Source: Candidatus Micrarchaeota archaeon (GTDB lineage: Archaea; Micrarchaeota; Micrarchaeia; Anstonellales; Bilamarchaeaceae). From it: a DNA stretch of 48,359 bases. Shown piece after piece: positions 28,327 through 38,129 of this stretch. The translations under genes were made by a program, and so were the position numbers. The first letter of the stretch is position 1, and each line of letters starts with the position of its first letter. The stretch lies in the NCBI GenBank assembly GCA_040753215.1, contig JBFMEZ010000026.1, forward strand, positions 1-48,359, written 5' to 3'. The notes beneath the pieces were generated by a model. It made no database searches. It worked only from the letters and a program-made list of their open reading frames with translations, and had not been told where the DNA came from.

Positions 28327-28833
28327 ATGGTGCGCCTGAGTGAGGAATTGAAGGGAATGCTTAAAAAACCCCTTGGGAAAACCGGCACGCTGGAGTCGCT
28401 CCTCCCGCTTGTGGGAGGAAGAAAGATAATCGCTGTAGGCGACCAGGTGGTTTTCGCCCTCCTCTCAAAAGGAATCAGGCCCCATGTAGCGGTTTTCGAT
28501 TTCAAGACTATGAGGGCGCGGGTGGACAGCGGGGTGAGGAAAAGGATAGAAAGGGAATACCCCTCGCCCATGAGGGTGGTGAACGAGCCCGGGACAATCT
28601 CGGAAGAGATCTTCCTCTCCGCCCCCATGCTCATCAGGAAAGGAGGCGCGCTTTTTGTGGAAGGGGAGGAAGACCTCGTTGCTTTCCCCTTCATCCTGTC
28701 CCTCACAAAAAAGTCCGTGGTATTGTACGGCCAGCCGGGGGAGGGGTGCGTCTTCGTGGAAGATAAAAGCGAAGGAAGGGAAACGGTGAAAAAAATCGCG
28801 GGGAAGCTCGGGCTAGCTTCCCTTTCCGATTGA
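28327..28833 (+). CDS. DUF359 protein / GTP-dependent dephospho-CoA kinase
   Basis: LKKPLG, IAVGD, DFKTMR, VNEPGTI, VEGEEDL, VLYGQPGEG. Confidence 0.88.
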   Translation: MVRLSEELKGMLKKPLGKTGTLESLLPLVGGRKIIAVGDQVVFALLSKGIRPHVAVFDFKTMRARVDSGVRKRIEREYPSPMRVVNEPGTISEEIFLSAPMLIRKGGALFVEGEEDLVAFPFILSLTKKSVVLYGQPGEGCVFVEDKSEGRETVKKIAGKLGLASLSD

Positions 28834-28989
28834 CCTCAGCAGGAGGTAAAGGAGCACTATGCTCACGACGCTGACCCCCGCCACGGTGAGCAGGTCGTCA
28901 TTTGGCCGCGTGAGCTTCCAGAAATAGCCTATGCCCGCGCCCACCACAATGGCTAGTATGGCACGCACGGCATTCATGAAGTCGCCCAT
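28813..28989 (-). CDS. Small two-TM membrane protein
   Basis: Not in the ORF track; MGDFMNAVRAILAIVVGAGIGYFWKL...VAGVSVVSIVLLYLLLRSIGKGS*; RBS GAGGTGA. Confidence 0.65.
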   Translation of the reverse strand: MGDFMNAVRAILAIVVGAGIGYFWKLTRPNDDLLTVAGVSVVSIVLLYLLLRSIGKGS

Positions 28990-29000
28990 CGGGCTTCACC

Positions 29001-29234
29001 TCAGGCCCTTGCCCTTGCGACAACTATCACGTCTTCAACGGATTTCACGTTCTTGTAGAGCACGCTCTTTTCCTTCAGGATTTCCTTCCCTTTTGAGGAG
29101 GAGAAAGCCTCGAGCAGGACCCTCGCCACTTCCCCGGACTCCATGTCCACAACAAAATCCTGCGCCGTGCCGACGTATTTTCCGCCGTCGGTGAAGATTT
29201 CCATCCCGTAGAGCTTCGATAGCTTGACTGTCAT
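29001..29234 (-). CDS. PRC-barrel protein (CdpB-like)
   Basis: LSKLYGMEIFTDGGKYVG..DFVVDMESGEV, VKSVEDVIVV. Confidence 0.85.
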   Translation of the reverse strand: MTVKLSKLYGMEIFTDGGKYVGTAQDFVVDMESGEVARVLLEAFSSSKGKEILKEKSVLYKNVKSVEDVIVVARARA

Positions 29235-29283
29235 TTGCTCACCTTGCGCTCTACTTACAAACTAAGAATTTATATACTTATCC

Positions 29284-30384
29284 TCAAATCCTCGTGCCGT
29301 TGAAATAGAACAGCCGCTGCGCCTCCCTGCTCCCGGGCTTTATGCCAAGCGTGTCGTATATCCCCGCAATCCCCAGGTGCGCAACCGGGCACTTTAGCGG
29401 CTTCCTGTCCGCAGCGGCCCTCAGGCCGTGCGCCCTCGCCCTGTACTTCTCCTCGGAAGCGGGAAGCGGCTGCCCCGGCCCGCCCACGCACCCGTACGGG
29501 CAGTTCATCACCTCCACGAAATGGTACTTCACCCCGTGCCTTATCTCCTCCAGCACCCTGTCCAGGTTTGATACACCGTAAATGGAAACCACGTTCAGCT
29601 TGTACTTCCCTATCTGCACGCACAGGTGCTTCACCTGCTCATCCCCGCGGAACCTTATCTTTTCCTGCGGCTCGCCCAGCTTGCACGCGAGGCTCGTGAG
29701 CAGCGCCTCAACTATCCCTCCGGTCGCCCCGAATATCACCCCGTCCTTTGAGCTGTCAGGCAGCAGAGGGGTGAATTTCCCGTCCGCATCCATTATGTGC
29801 TTCCCGCGCTTCTTAGCCCACGCCGCCAGCTCCTGCGTCGTCACGACATAATCCACATATTTATGCCCGGAGGGCATCCTCTCCCGCGTCTCGTATTTCT
29901 TCAGCACGCAGGGCATTATCCCCACCACGCATATTTTCTCCAGCGGCACGCCCAGCTTTTTCGAGAGCATGTGCTTGGCCGCGCTCCCCGCAACCATGTG
30001 CGGCGAGCCGATGGGAGAAACCAGATGGTACAATTCCGGGTGCTTGTTTTTGCAGTACAATCTCCATCCGATGCAGCAGGAGTTGAACACCGGGAAGTAT
30101 TTTTCGTCCCCGCGCTCAAGCGCGGAAAGGATTTCCCCAACTTCCTCAAAGATGTTTATGTCCGCGCCGAGCGGCGTGTCCGCCACGTGCTCAAAGCCGA
30201 GCGCCTGCAGCAGCCTAACAGTCTTGTACGTGAGGTCCTCGCCAGGCGCGCGCCCGAACTCCTCGCCGATTGAGACACGAACCGCGGGCGCAATCTGCGC
30301 CACCATTATTTTTCCCTTTTTCTTTTCGCCTTCAATCGCCGCGAACAGCTCGTCCGGCTTGCTGAGGTAGATTTCGTCTTCCAT
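29284..30384 (-). CDS. hydA: Minimal [FeFe]-hydrogenase (H-cluster domain only)
   Basis: L1 FNSCCIGW, L2 MPCVLKKYE, L3 EVMNCPYGCVGGPGQP, QIAPAVRV, IFGATGG; start at 30384 favoured by TATA at 30408-30415 (alternative ATG at 30444). Confidence 0.88.
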   Translation of the reverse strand: MEDEIYLSKPDELFAAIEGEKKKGKIMVAQIAPAVRVSIGEEFGRAPGEDLTYKTVRLLQALGFEHVADTPLGADINIFEEVGEILSALERGDEKYFPVFNSCCIGWRLYCKNKHPELYHLVSPIGSPHMVAGSAAKHMLSKKLGVPLEKICVVGIMPCVLKKYETRERMPSGHKYVDYVVTTQELAAWAKKRGKHIMDADGKFTPLLPDSSKDGVIFGATGGIVEALLTSLACKLGEPQEKIRFRGDEQVKHLCVQIGKYKLNVVSIYGVSNLDRVLEEIRHGVKYHFVEVMNCPYGCVGGPGQPLPASEEKYRARAHGLRAAADRKPLKCPVAHLGIAGIYDTLGIKPGSREAQRLFYFNGTRI

Positions 30385-30589
30385 ACGCTCCGCCTTTCCC
30401 TCGTAACTAATATAACTTTTCCTCCGCGCGTTGATTGTAACCATGGTTACATACCAGTTTCATGTCAAACCATGAAGCCGCCCAATCGTTCCCCTGTTTT
30501 TGGTTTGAGTTCCCCGTTTCCGGTTTTCGGATTCCAGAACGCGAAACGCGAACATAAATATATTTAAACCAATCCCGAGCACTCTACTT

Positions 30590-33500
30590 ATGGAAAGGGC
30601 AGGTTCGTTGCGGCCACTCTTACTACTCTTGCTCTCCCTCATCCCCTTTTCCTACGCGCAGTTCACCAGCCCCTGCGCCTCCTGCGCCCTCACCGACATA
30701 TACCTATCCACCGCACAGGTGTCCGACACAACCGCAACGGTGAACGCCACCCTCATCGCCACCATGGTCGATTATTCCCAGCCGAGGGAGCGCACGCAGC
30801 AGCAGGAGGGCTACGGCGAAGCCATAGAGGGGCAGACGCTGCCCGAGATAGAGCCGTCTCCAAGGAGCGCCCGGGAAATACTGCTCAGCGACGCCGACAT
30901 ATTCTTCTACTTCGTTTCCCCCGAATATTCCTCCGGCGCCTTCATCGAGAGGCCCATAGACCTTCCGGGCTGCAGCCCCGCAACGACAAACCAGGAAGGC
31001 GTCGCCTCCTGCCCCATAGACTATTCCGTTTTCCGTGGAAAATGCATACGCGTGTATGCCGCTTTCCGTGGAACGCCCCAATACTACCCCAGCAGCAGCT
31101 TCACCGCGGTATGCGACGCGGGCGCGGATGCCTTCTCCGCGATGGCCGGGGTAATAGCCTCGCAGGCGGCAGCCGCCTCCTCCCAGCCGCTCTGCCTCGT
31201 AGGAATGGTCATACTCGGCCTCATGCTCGCCTCCATGTTCTTCACGGGGCGGAGCCCGCTCTCCCTCCTCGACATAACAACCCCCCTGCTCCCCAAGCCC
31301 AAATCCATCTCATACAGCGGCCTCACATACGGCACGGGCTACATAAGGATGGCGCGGGAGCTTGACAGCATAAGGAAGCTTTCCGAAAAAAACCTCGGAA
31401 TCCACGCCCGGAACCTTAAGGAGGAGCTTCTCAGGAGGGGCCGCACCAGCGCTGAGATAAACGAGCTGCTCTCCCTGGCAAAGGACAGGCCGCACATGGC
31501 ATACCTCGCCCTGCGCGCACTGCGCGAGGGGCGCACATTCGCCGAGGCGAGGAACATCGCAAAGCTCAAGCCCGTGCCCGGCAACGACAAGGACCTTGAG
31601 GCGGCCGGGAGGTGGATAAACGAGCTGCAGAAAAGGAGGAAGGAAAAGGACCTCGCGCTGGAGGCCGTATGGCTGAGGGTGAGCGCCGAGCTGCAGAAGA
31701 AGGAAATAGGCCTCATCACGGGCGCAGTGCCCCCAAAAGTCATAAAGGTAAGGGACTTCATCCTTGACAAGACGCCCCTCCGCCTGATGCCCGAACGCAT
31801 AAGGGACCAGCTGAAGGTTGGAATCGGCTCCGCATTTTTCGGCGTGCGCAGCGCAGCGGGCGTGGCGAGGCAGTTCTACCTCGCTGCCCCGGCAAGGGCA
31901 ATCGGCAAGCCCGAGCTCGTCCCCATGAGGAAAGAGGAGAAGGAAGCCCGCCAGTTCTACCTCATGGACATCCGCTCGCGGATTGAAAATCTTTACAGGA
32001 CGCAGATAGGCGAGGCGAAGACAAACGCCGCGATGTACCTCGTGAAGAGGATGCTCGAGGCGAAGGGCGTTAAGCTGGAGCTCAGCGAAAAGGACCTCCT
32101 GGGCCTCGGCAACATAGAGATACTGTCCAGGATGAACCTCAAGGCAAACCCCGCGGCATCCGCAATAGAGAAGAAAATACGCGAAATCCTCTCCACAGAC
32201 AAGCCGATGGATGAGAAGGTACGCCTCCTCTCCGCCCTCGCCTCACGCGATGGAATCCCGTTCGACAGGGCCGGCATGGACAATTTCATGGCCCGGCTCT
32301 CCACAATAGACAGGGACCCGAAAAAAACCCACCACGACAAGCTGAGTGAGCTGCAGGACTTCCTGCGGCAATACGCCGACAGGAAAGATTTCCGCGCCCC
32401 CGAGGGCGGCTTCTACCCCTGGGTCGGCAGGGACAGCCTCCGCTATGTGGAGGGAGGCAGGACGGTATACGACGACACCTGGACGTTCCTCTTCCTCAGG
32501 AGCTTTTTAGAGCAGAACTCGCCCGGCGCAAAGGGCGCGGGCTGGGACGAGGTTGCAAAGCTGCTCTGGCTGCGGCTCGTGAATGAGACGTGGAGCCTCC
32601 TGCCCTCGGACACGAAGGGCCTCAGGGAGCCGCAGAGGGGCATGATGAGCCAGGCAGAAGCATACCTCAAGAGCCTCCTCACAAACGAGGGCCGCGAAGC
32701 GCTGAAGGGCCTGAAATCCGTTTTCGAGCTCCTCTACAACCCCGCCATCGCGCAGTACAAGGGCCTCTTCGTCGGAAGCGAGCTCGCCCGCGAGTACGGC
32801 CCCAACCCCGCACACTGGAACATGGATGTGCGCGGCTACTGGCGCGTCTTTGTCCCCGGCTCCGGCTACCTCGGCGACGTGAAGCTCGCAAAGACCTCGG
32901 TGATGGAGCAGGCCCATGCCGCTATAGAGAGGGCGCACATCCGGCCTCGCGGCACCATGGAGGAAATCGCGCGCGACATGTTCTACAGCCGCATCCGCAG
33001 CCTGGTCGGCTCCCGCTATCCCGACGCCTACTACACCGCACGCAGCGAGTTCGACTTCCTCGCCTCGGCTTACGGCGCCATCCGCGAAAGGTACGCGCAG
33101 ATGTTCGGCCGGACGGATGCGCAGAGGAAGGATTCCAGCTGGGTGACCGACGAGCAGGTAAAGAAATTCATAAAGGACGGCATCACACTGGACGCCCTAC
33201 AGAAATTCGTATGGGTGCGAACGCGCGAGGGCAGCTACATTCCCTATACCGAAGGCAGGGACGTGCCCCTGCGCATGAGCGACGGCGAAAGGATAATCAA
33301 CGGCAAGCTGGCCGTGAACATGGGCGGCCGATGGATGGAATTCAACCCGCTCACGGTTTCCGAAAGGATGAAGAGCGAAAAAATCGAGCTGCCCGAGCTG
33401 CTGAAAAGCGAGCGGCTCAGGCTCATGAACGACATATCAAATGCCCCCACGGTCCAGGAGGGGATGTACAAAAGAAAGATAATAGATGCGGAGATGCGGG

Positions 33501-35365
33501 AGCAGATGCTGCGCTTCGCGCGCGACCTCGGGGAATGGGCAAAGGCCGGGAACAGGCAGGACGTTGCTGCCCACCTCCTCCTCCAGATGTCCAGGGAGGC
33601 GGGCGACACGTGGGCGCTGGAGAAGAGCGGCCTGCTTTCCATCCGCCCCATAAGGGATGTGGAATACGTGGGCCTCAGGAAGACGATGCAGAAGATATGG
33701 CAGCCCGTTTCCCGCGGCTTCGAGCAGGCCGCGGTCTCCGCGTTCCTCCCCCAGATAAACGACCTCAACAACCTCACCATGAATTCCGAGTACTTCCGCG
33801 CCCGCTCCGCGGATTTCACCGGAAGGTACGTGGCATACCTCGCCGACCGCAGGAACGAGCCGTCCCTCAACTCCGAGCTCGAGAGGAGCACCCGCGAGCT
33901 CATATCCGCTCTTTCCCGCTACCGCGCTGCCTGGGACGAGACGATAACGAGGGACCCCCGCGGCAACTCCTCCTCCATAGGCCAGCAGCTCAACTTCGCA
34001 TCGATGTACCACCACGGCCCGGCCCTCCACCCCCCGCCCGCCTCAACATTCCAGCAGTTCACCGGCCGCACGTTTAGGGAGTTCAGCGAGCGCCTCAGGT
34101 TTATGCCCCTCTCCATAAACTGGCTGCTCGGCGCGCCTTTCATACTCCAGGTCAGGGGCGCCCTCACCTCCTGGTACGGCTGGCCCGGCAAGCACGACAA
34201 GACCTACCACCCGCTCCATCCCTATGAGATGGCCGCCTCCCGCACGCTTGAAGGGATGCGCTCCCTCTTCGACCCGTTCTACGCCGCGCTTGATTTCACC
34301 TCGGGCGGCTTCAGGAAGGTGGGCGCCCTCACGCTCTCCCCGTTCCAGCCGTTCCTCCGCCTGGCCCACGTCCCGCAGTCGCTGGAAAAGACCGCGGACT
34401 TCCTCAGGACCTCCGATTCGACCGTAACCGGCTACATCGGAAAGGGCATAGGCAGCGTATCCGATGTCCTGAAGGAATCCACCACAGCCGACACCGTGGA
34501 AGAGTTCTACCTCCCCTATTATGTAAAGAAGTCCGCAATAAGGGAAAGGCTTACCGGCCCCATGACCCTTCATGAATACGGGGGGAAGAGCATGCAGGAC
34601 GGCATCGTGAGGACGCACGAGGACCACGCCTGGACCTACAAGAACATAAACGTCATCTGGAACGTCAACACGAACCCCGGCGTCTCCTACCTCGATTTCT
34701 ACTACCAGATGCAGGCGGACCCGAGGCTCGCCACCCACCTCGTCGCAGGCGCGCGCTTCAGGTCCTTCTTCGCGCAGGACGAGTACCTCCAGAAGCAGGC
34801 AAACCTCGGCATAATCCAGAGGGAGGTCCCCGCCTACGAGCTCGCGGAGGCGCGCGAGGAGGAGCTCCGCTACTACGGCCCGAGGTCCAACCGCATGTGG
34901 GGCTTCCTCAACCCGATAACGTTCTTCTACAACAACCCAATCCCGCTTCTCTCCTACCTCACATACACCGGCGTCACAAAGAGCATCCCCGAGAAGCTCC
35001 ACGACTGGGCCGAGAAGGCGAAGGCGGAGGAGCCGCGCTACGCCGACCTGCACTCCCCGCCCAAAACCTTCATGCAGGGGCTGCCGACCGGCACCGCATC
35101 CGCATCCATCCCCTACTCAACGCTCCAGCCGGCGCAGGCACCTGAGGCGGAAACTGTTGCGGAGAGGTTCGTGCGCCGCGCAGGCCGGATAGCCTCTGCG
35201 ATATTCCGCAACACGCAGTTCGTCTCCTGCGTAACCTGCCACTCGCCCGTCCCGCGCGGGCACGACTACTGCCCGGTCTGCTCCGGAAAGTCTTTAATAT
35301 CCCAAAGGGCGCAAAAGCCCTGGGCACAGTACGGCCCCAGAGGAACCCCCGGAGGCGCCCCATGA
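30590..35365 (+). CDS. Very large membrane protein (signal peptide, Cys-containing extracellular domain, TM helix, ~1350-aa soluble region, C-terminal Zn ribbon)
   Basis: 1591-aa ORF; signal LLLLLLSLIPFSYA; TM LCLVGMVILGLMLASMFF; CVTC..CPVC near the C-terminus. Confidence 0.8.
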   Translation: MERAGSLRPLLLLLLSLIPFSYAQFTSPCASCALTDIYLSTAQVSDTTATVNATLIATMVDYSQPRERTQQQEGYGEAIEGQTLPEIEPSPRSAREILLSDADIFFYFVSPEYSSGAFIERPIDLPGCSPATTNQEGVASCPIDYSVFRGKCIRVYAAFRGTPQYYPSSSFTAVCDAGADAFSAMAGVIASQAAAASSQPLCLVGMVILGLMLASMFFTGRSPLSLLDITTPLLPKPKSISYSGLTYGTGYIRMARELDSIRKLSEKNLGIHARNLKEELLRRGRTSAEINELLSLAKDRPHMAYLALRALREGRTFAEARNIAKLKPVPGNDKDLEAAGRWINELQKRRKEKDLALEAVWLRVSAELQKKEIGLITGAVPPKVIKVRDFILDKTPLRLMPERIRDQLKVGIGSAFFGVRSAAGVARQFYLAAPARAIGKPELVPMRKEEKEARQFYLMDIRSRIENLYRTQIGEAKTNAAMYLVKRMLEAKGVKLELSEKDLLGLGNIEILSRMNLKANPAASAIEKKIREILSTDKPMDEKVRLLSALASRDGIPFDRAGMDNFMARLSTIDRDPKKTHHDKLSELQDFLRQYADRKDFRAPEGGFYPWVGRDSLRYVEGGRTVYDDTWTFLFLRSFLEQNSPGAKGAGWDEVAKLLWLRLVNETWSLLPSDTKGLREPQRGMMSQAEAYLKSLLTNEGREALKGLKSVFELLYNPAIAQYKGLFVGSELAREYGPNPAHWNMDVRGYWRVFVPGSGYLGDVKLAKTSVMEQAHAAIERAHIRPRGTMEEIARDMFYSRIRSLVGSRYPDAYYTARSEFDFLASAYGAIRERYAQMFGRTDAQRKDSSWVTDEQVKKFIKDGITLDALQKFVWVRTREGSYIPYTEGRDVPLRMSDGERIINGKLAVNMGGRWMEFNPLTVSERMKSEKIELPELLKSERLRLMNDISNAPTVQEGMYKRKIIDAEMREQMLRFARDLGEWAKAGNRQDVAAHLLLQMSREAGDTWALEKSGLLSIRPIRDVEYVGLRKTMQKIWQPVSRGFEQAAVSAFLPQINDLNNLTMNSEYFRARSADFTGRYVAYLADRRNEPSLNSELERSTRELISALSRYRAAWDETITRDPRGNSSSIGQQLNFASMYHHGPALHPPPASTFQQFTGRTFREFSERLRFMPLSINWLLGAPFILQVRGALTSWYGWPGKHDKTYHPLHPYEMAASRTLEGMRSLFDPFYAALDFTSGGFRKVGALTLSPFQPFLRLAHVPQSLEKTADFLRTSDSTVTGYIGKGIGSVSDVLKESTTADTVEEFYLPYYVKKSAIRERLTGPMTLHEYGGKSMQDGIVRTHEDHAWTYKNINVIWNVNTNPGVSYLDFYYQMQADPRLATHLVAGARFRSFFAQDEYLQKQANLGIIQREVPAYELAEAREEELRYYGPRSNRMWGFLNPITFFYNNPIPLLSYLTYTGVTKSIPEKLHDWAEKAKAEEPRYADLHSPPKTFMQGLPTGTASASIPYSTLQPAQAPEAETVAERFVRRAGRIASAIFRNTQFVSCVTCHSPVPRGHDYCPVCSGKSLISQRAQKPWAQYGPRGTPGGAP

Positions 35366-37626
35366 ACCTTAAGCTCGCACTTCTACTTGCAATAGCATTC
35401 GTCCTCTTCGGCTGCGTGGATGAGAGGGCGCTCCAGTCCTACTACCGCGGGTCCGCCGGCGGGGAGGCGGCGTCCCTCGAGCTCTCCGACACCGCTGCCT
35501 GCCCGACCGGGGACTGCGTTTGCATGGTGTGCGAGGCAGAAGCCCCTCCTGACCCCTACTCCTCATTCTTTCCGTTCTCGTTCGCTGAAAAGAGCTGCTC
35601 GCTCGGCCCCTGCACCCAGCAGACCTACGAGAGCTCCTTCCTGACCCCTGGCCAGAAGGAGGAGACCATAAATTTCTTCATGCTGGGCCAGGGCGGCTTC
35701 TCGGAATTCAACAGGGCAAACCCCTACTGCAACAATTCCCTCCGCTTCCCGGTGAAATGGCTCGACTCCCGCAACGGCCAGGGCTCCTACCCCCTGCCGG
35801 ACGCCGGCCGCGCCTCCTGCTTCCTTGAGAAGGGCTCGATCCCCACCTACATCCTCTACAGCCGCGGGGAGAACATATCCGCGGACAGGGCCGGCGAGAT
35901 AGCCGGGCTTTTCCGCGGCAAAGGCCCGGTCATAATAACCACCGAGATGGAGTTCAACTCCTCGAACGCATCGCAGAGGGAGGCGGTGAGACGGCAGGCA
36001 GTGCGCATGAAGGAGGAATGCCCGGACTGCCTCATCGCGCTCGCGCCGCGCATATGGGACAACTCAACGGAATTCGACCAGCTCGCATCTTCCCTGGGAA
36101 GCTCGTTCGACCTCTTCGCATTCGGCATAAACTCCCATGACTCCACCTCCTGCGACCCCGCCGTGCTCTATTACGATGCGACCTCCTACTCCGAATACCT
36201 CCTCTACGAATACAAGAAGCCGTCCGTATGGGCCTACATCCTCTTCGACAGGGGTGAGAGCGCGGACGGGAGCTGCGAGTGGGACGACACCCAGCTCACC
36301 AGGGCCTACTCGGATTTCTACACATACGCCCCGGGCTTCGTCGCCTCCGGCGTCCTCGGCGCTTCCCTCTATTCCCTGTACGGGATAGGCCCGCTCCCAT
36401 GCGAGAACTGTTCCCTCTTCGGCTCTTCCGGGGAGCCGGAGCTTCCCGTGCAGCCCGCCTGGTTCTCCAACTGCCAGGAAGCCGCTGCCACCGGCGCCGT
36501 AATCCCGCTCGTATTCAGCAACGCGCCCGGCACTGTGTGCGCGTTCGGCCCCAGCTTCTACAGCTATGCGGGCACCAGCTTCTACACCACGCAGCCCATC
36601 CCCACCGAGCCCGCGGAAGCCGCGCCCACGTTCTACAGCTGCGACTCGTGCCTCATTGAAGACGAGCCTTCTTCCGTAGGAAAGTCCATCCGCCCCCAGA
36701 TTCCCGGAGATTACGTCTGCACAGACTATCCTGTTCTCGATGTTTATGCAGACATCCGCGACATAGACCCCGCATATGTGCGCGCAACCGTCTGGCACGA
36801 GAGCGACTTCGACCGCTGCTCGGTGGGCCACTCAACCGCCTCCTGCGGCAGGCGCGAGCCCATCTATTATGTCACCGACCCAGATACAGGCTGCCTCTGG
36901 GACTCCAGCAACACCTTTTACGCCCCCCGTGGCGATAACGTATGCGACATGGGCCTCATCCCCACCTTCGCAACTCCTGAAGACACCTGGGAGGAGATAG
37001 AGTGGGAAAGCTTCATGGACAAGGTCGGGGGCGAGCTGGATGTTGCCCGCTCCTGCCGCGCCGAAGGCGAAGAATTCAACCCCTTCAACCCAACCCACAT
37101 CGCCTGCGAAGGCACCTACGAGCTTGCAGAAGACATACGCGACGCGAGGAGAATAATCGAGCGCGATGAGAGGCGCCTCGGCCTCACCCGCATAAGGAGC
37201 GCCTATGGTGAAGAAGAATACCAGAACGCAAAGGGGCTGCTGACCGTTTTCCTTGCCCGCCTGGATTTCATAGGGGATGAAGTGTGGAGCACATGGAGAG
37301 AAGACTGGATGGACGATTTCAGCGAATACTCCCAGATTACCGATTCCTACTGCAGCGACAACCCCGACGGCCACGTTTGCTGCGATGGCGACCGCCTGCG
37401 CACCGACAGCGCCGGCGTATGCTGCGGCAGCACGGATTTCATAGAATTCGTTACAAACGAAGCATGTATGAACCTTTATGGGATTGATTTAGGAAAATAC
37501 GAGACGCCTGTAAAAAACACCCGCGCAGTGCTCAGCAGATATCTGGGAGTGCGCGAGAAATGCGGAATCTGCGATTCCACCAAATGGGAGGAGAATATAG
37601 AAGCCTGGGCAGCCGCGCAGGACTAG
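35362..37626 (+). CDS. Cys-rich lipoprotein with glycoside-hydrolase-like TIM barrel and lytic-transglycosylase (SLT)-like domain
   Basis: Lipobox LFGC; IITTEMEFN/DLFAFG/YKKPSVW barrel-like strands; IDPAYVRATVWHESDFD..DMGLIP..FNPTHIACEGTYEL SLT-like motifs. Confidence 0.7.
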   Translation: MNLKLALLLAIAFVLFGCVDERALQSYYRGSAGGEAASLELSDTAACPTGDCVCMVCEAEAPPDPYSSFFPFSFAEKSCSLGPCTQQTYESSFLTPGQKEETINFFMLGQGGFSEFNRANPYCNNSLRFPVKWLDSRNGQGSYPLPDAGRASCFLEKGSIPTYILYSRGENISADRAGEIAGLFRGKGPVIITTEMEFNSSNASQREAVRRQAVRMKEECPDCLIALAPRIWDNSTEFDQLASSLGSSFDLFAFGINSHDSTSCDPAVLYYDATSYSEYLLYEYKKPSVWAYILFDRGESADGSCEWDDTQLTRAYSDFYTYAPGFVASGVLGASLYSLYGIGPLPCENCSLFGSSGEPELPVQPAWFSNCQEAAATGAVIPLVFSNAPGTVCAFGPSFYSYAGTSFYTTQPIPTEPAEAAPTFYSCDSCLIEDEPSSVGKSIRPQIPGDYVCTDYPVLDVYADIRDIDPAYVRATVWHESDFDRCSVGHSTASCGRREPIYYVTDPDTGCLWDSSNTFYAPRGDNVCDMGLIPTFATPEDTWEEIEWESFMDKVGGELDVARSCRAEGEEFNPFNPTHIACEGTYELAEDIRDARRIIERDERRLGLTRIRSAYGEEEYQNAKGLLTVFLARLDFIGDEVWSTWREDWMDDFSEYSQITDSYCSDNPDGHVCCDGDRLRTDSAGVCCGSTDFIEFVTNEACMNLYGIDLGKYETPVKNTRAVLSRYLGVREKCGICDSTKWEENIEAWAAAQD

Positions 37627-37631
37627 TTTCC

Positions 37632-37683
37632 TGAACCAAACCTCCGCTCTCTTTGCCCACGTCCGCTCTAGAGGTCTGGTTCA
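37632..37683. repeat. Palindromic mini-element between convergent genes
   Basis: TGAACCAAACCTC ... GAGGTCTGGTTCA (12/13) with a ~26-nt pyrimidine-rich loop. Confidence 0.55.
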
Positions 37684-37715
37684 CCGGTTTCCAGTTGCCT
37701 GTTTCCCGTTTCCTG

Positions 37716-38129
37716 TTATGGTTTTTCCCTGTGCCCGTCCAGCCTCTTCTTCCAGTAATAATAAGTCCTCCTCGACATCCCGAGCGCAGCAAGCCTCTCC
37801 TTCTCCCCTTCCAGCTCCCCTAGCACCCTCAGGAACTCCTTCACATCAAATTCCCTCGGCCTGCCCCTCTTGCCGTCCCTGACCTCCACGCTCACGCTCT
37901 TCCTGAGGCTCTCCATCACCCTGGCAGGAACGGTTTTAGCAATCCCCCTGCTCATGAGTATCCTTTTCGCCCTTGTCGCATCAAGGAGCAGCGAAAACAC
38001 CTTCACGCTCGGCTTGGTCTTTATGAAGAACTCCTCGCCCCTCGGGTTCGCGAGTATCGCGTCCAGCATCTCCTTCCTGCTGCCCCTCAGCTCAACCGCT
38101 TTTGATTCTCCTGACAAATTCTGCGCCAC
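37716..38129 (-). CDS. Hypothetical DNA-binding protein (DUF1699-like, C-terminal HTH); start uncertain
   Basis: GKRGRPR hook followed by LAALGMSRRTYYYWKK HTH-like end. Confidence 0.65.
   Translation of the reverse strand: MAQNLSGESKAVELRGSRKEMLDAILANPRGEEFFIKTKPSVKVFSLLLDATRAKRILMSRGIAKTVPARVMESLRKSVSVEVRDGKRGRPREFDVKEFLRVLGELEGEKERLAALGMSRRTYYYWKKRLDGHREKP

Noticed and set aside
32590..34077. 495-aa alternative-frame ORF inside the 1591-aa gene
   Set aside because: Arg/Pro/Gly-rich off-frame product typical of GC-rich coding DNA
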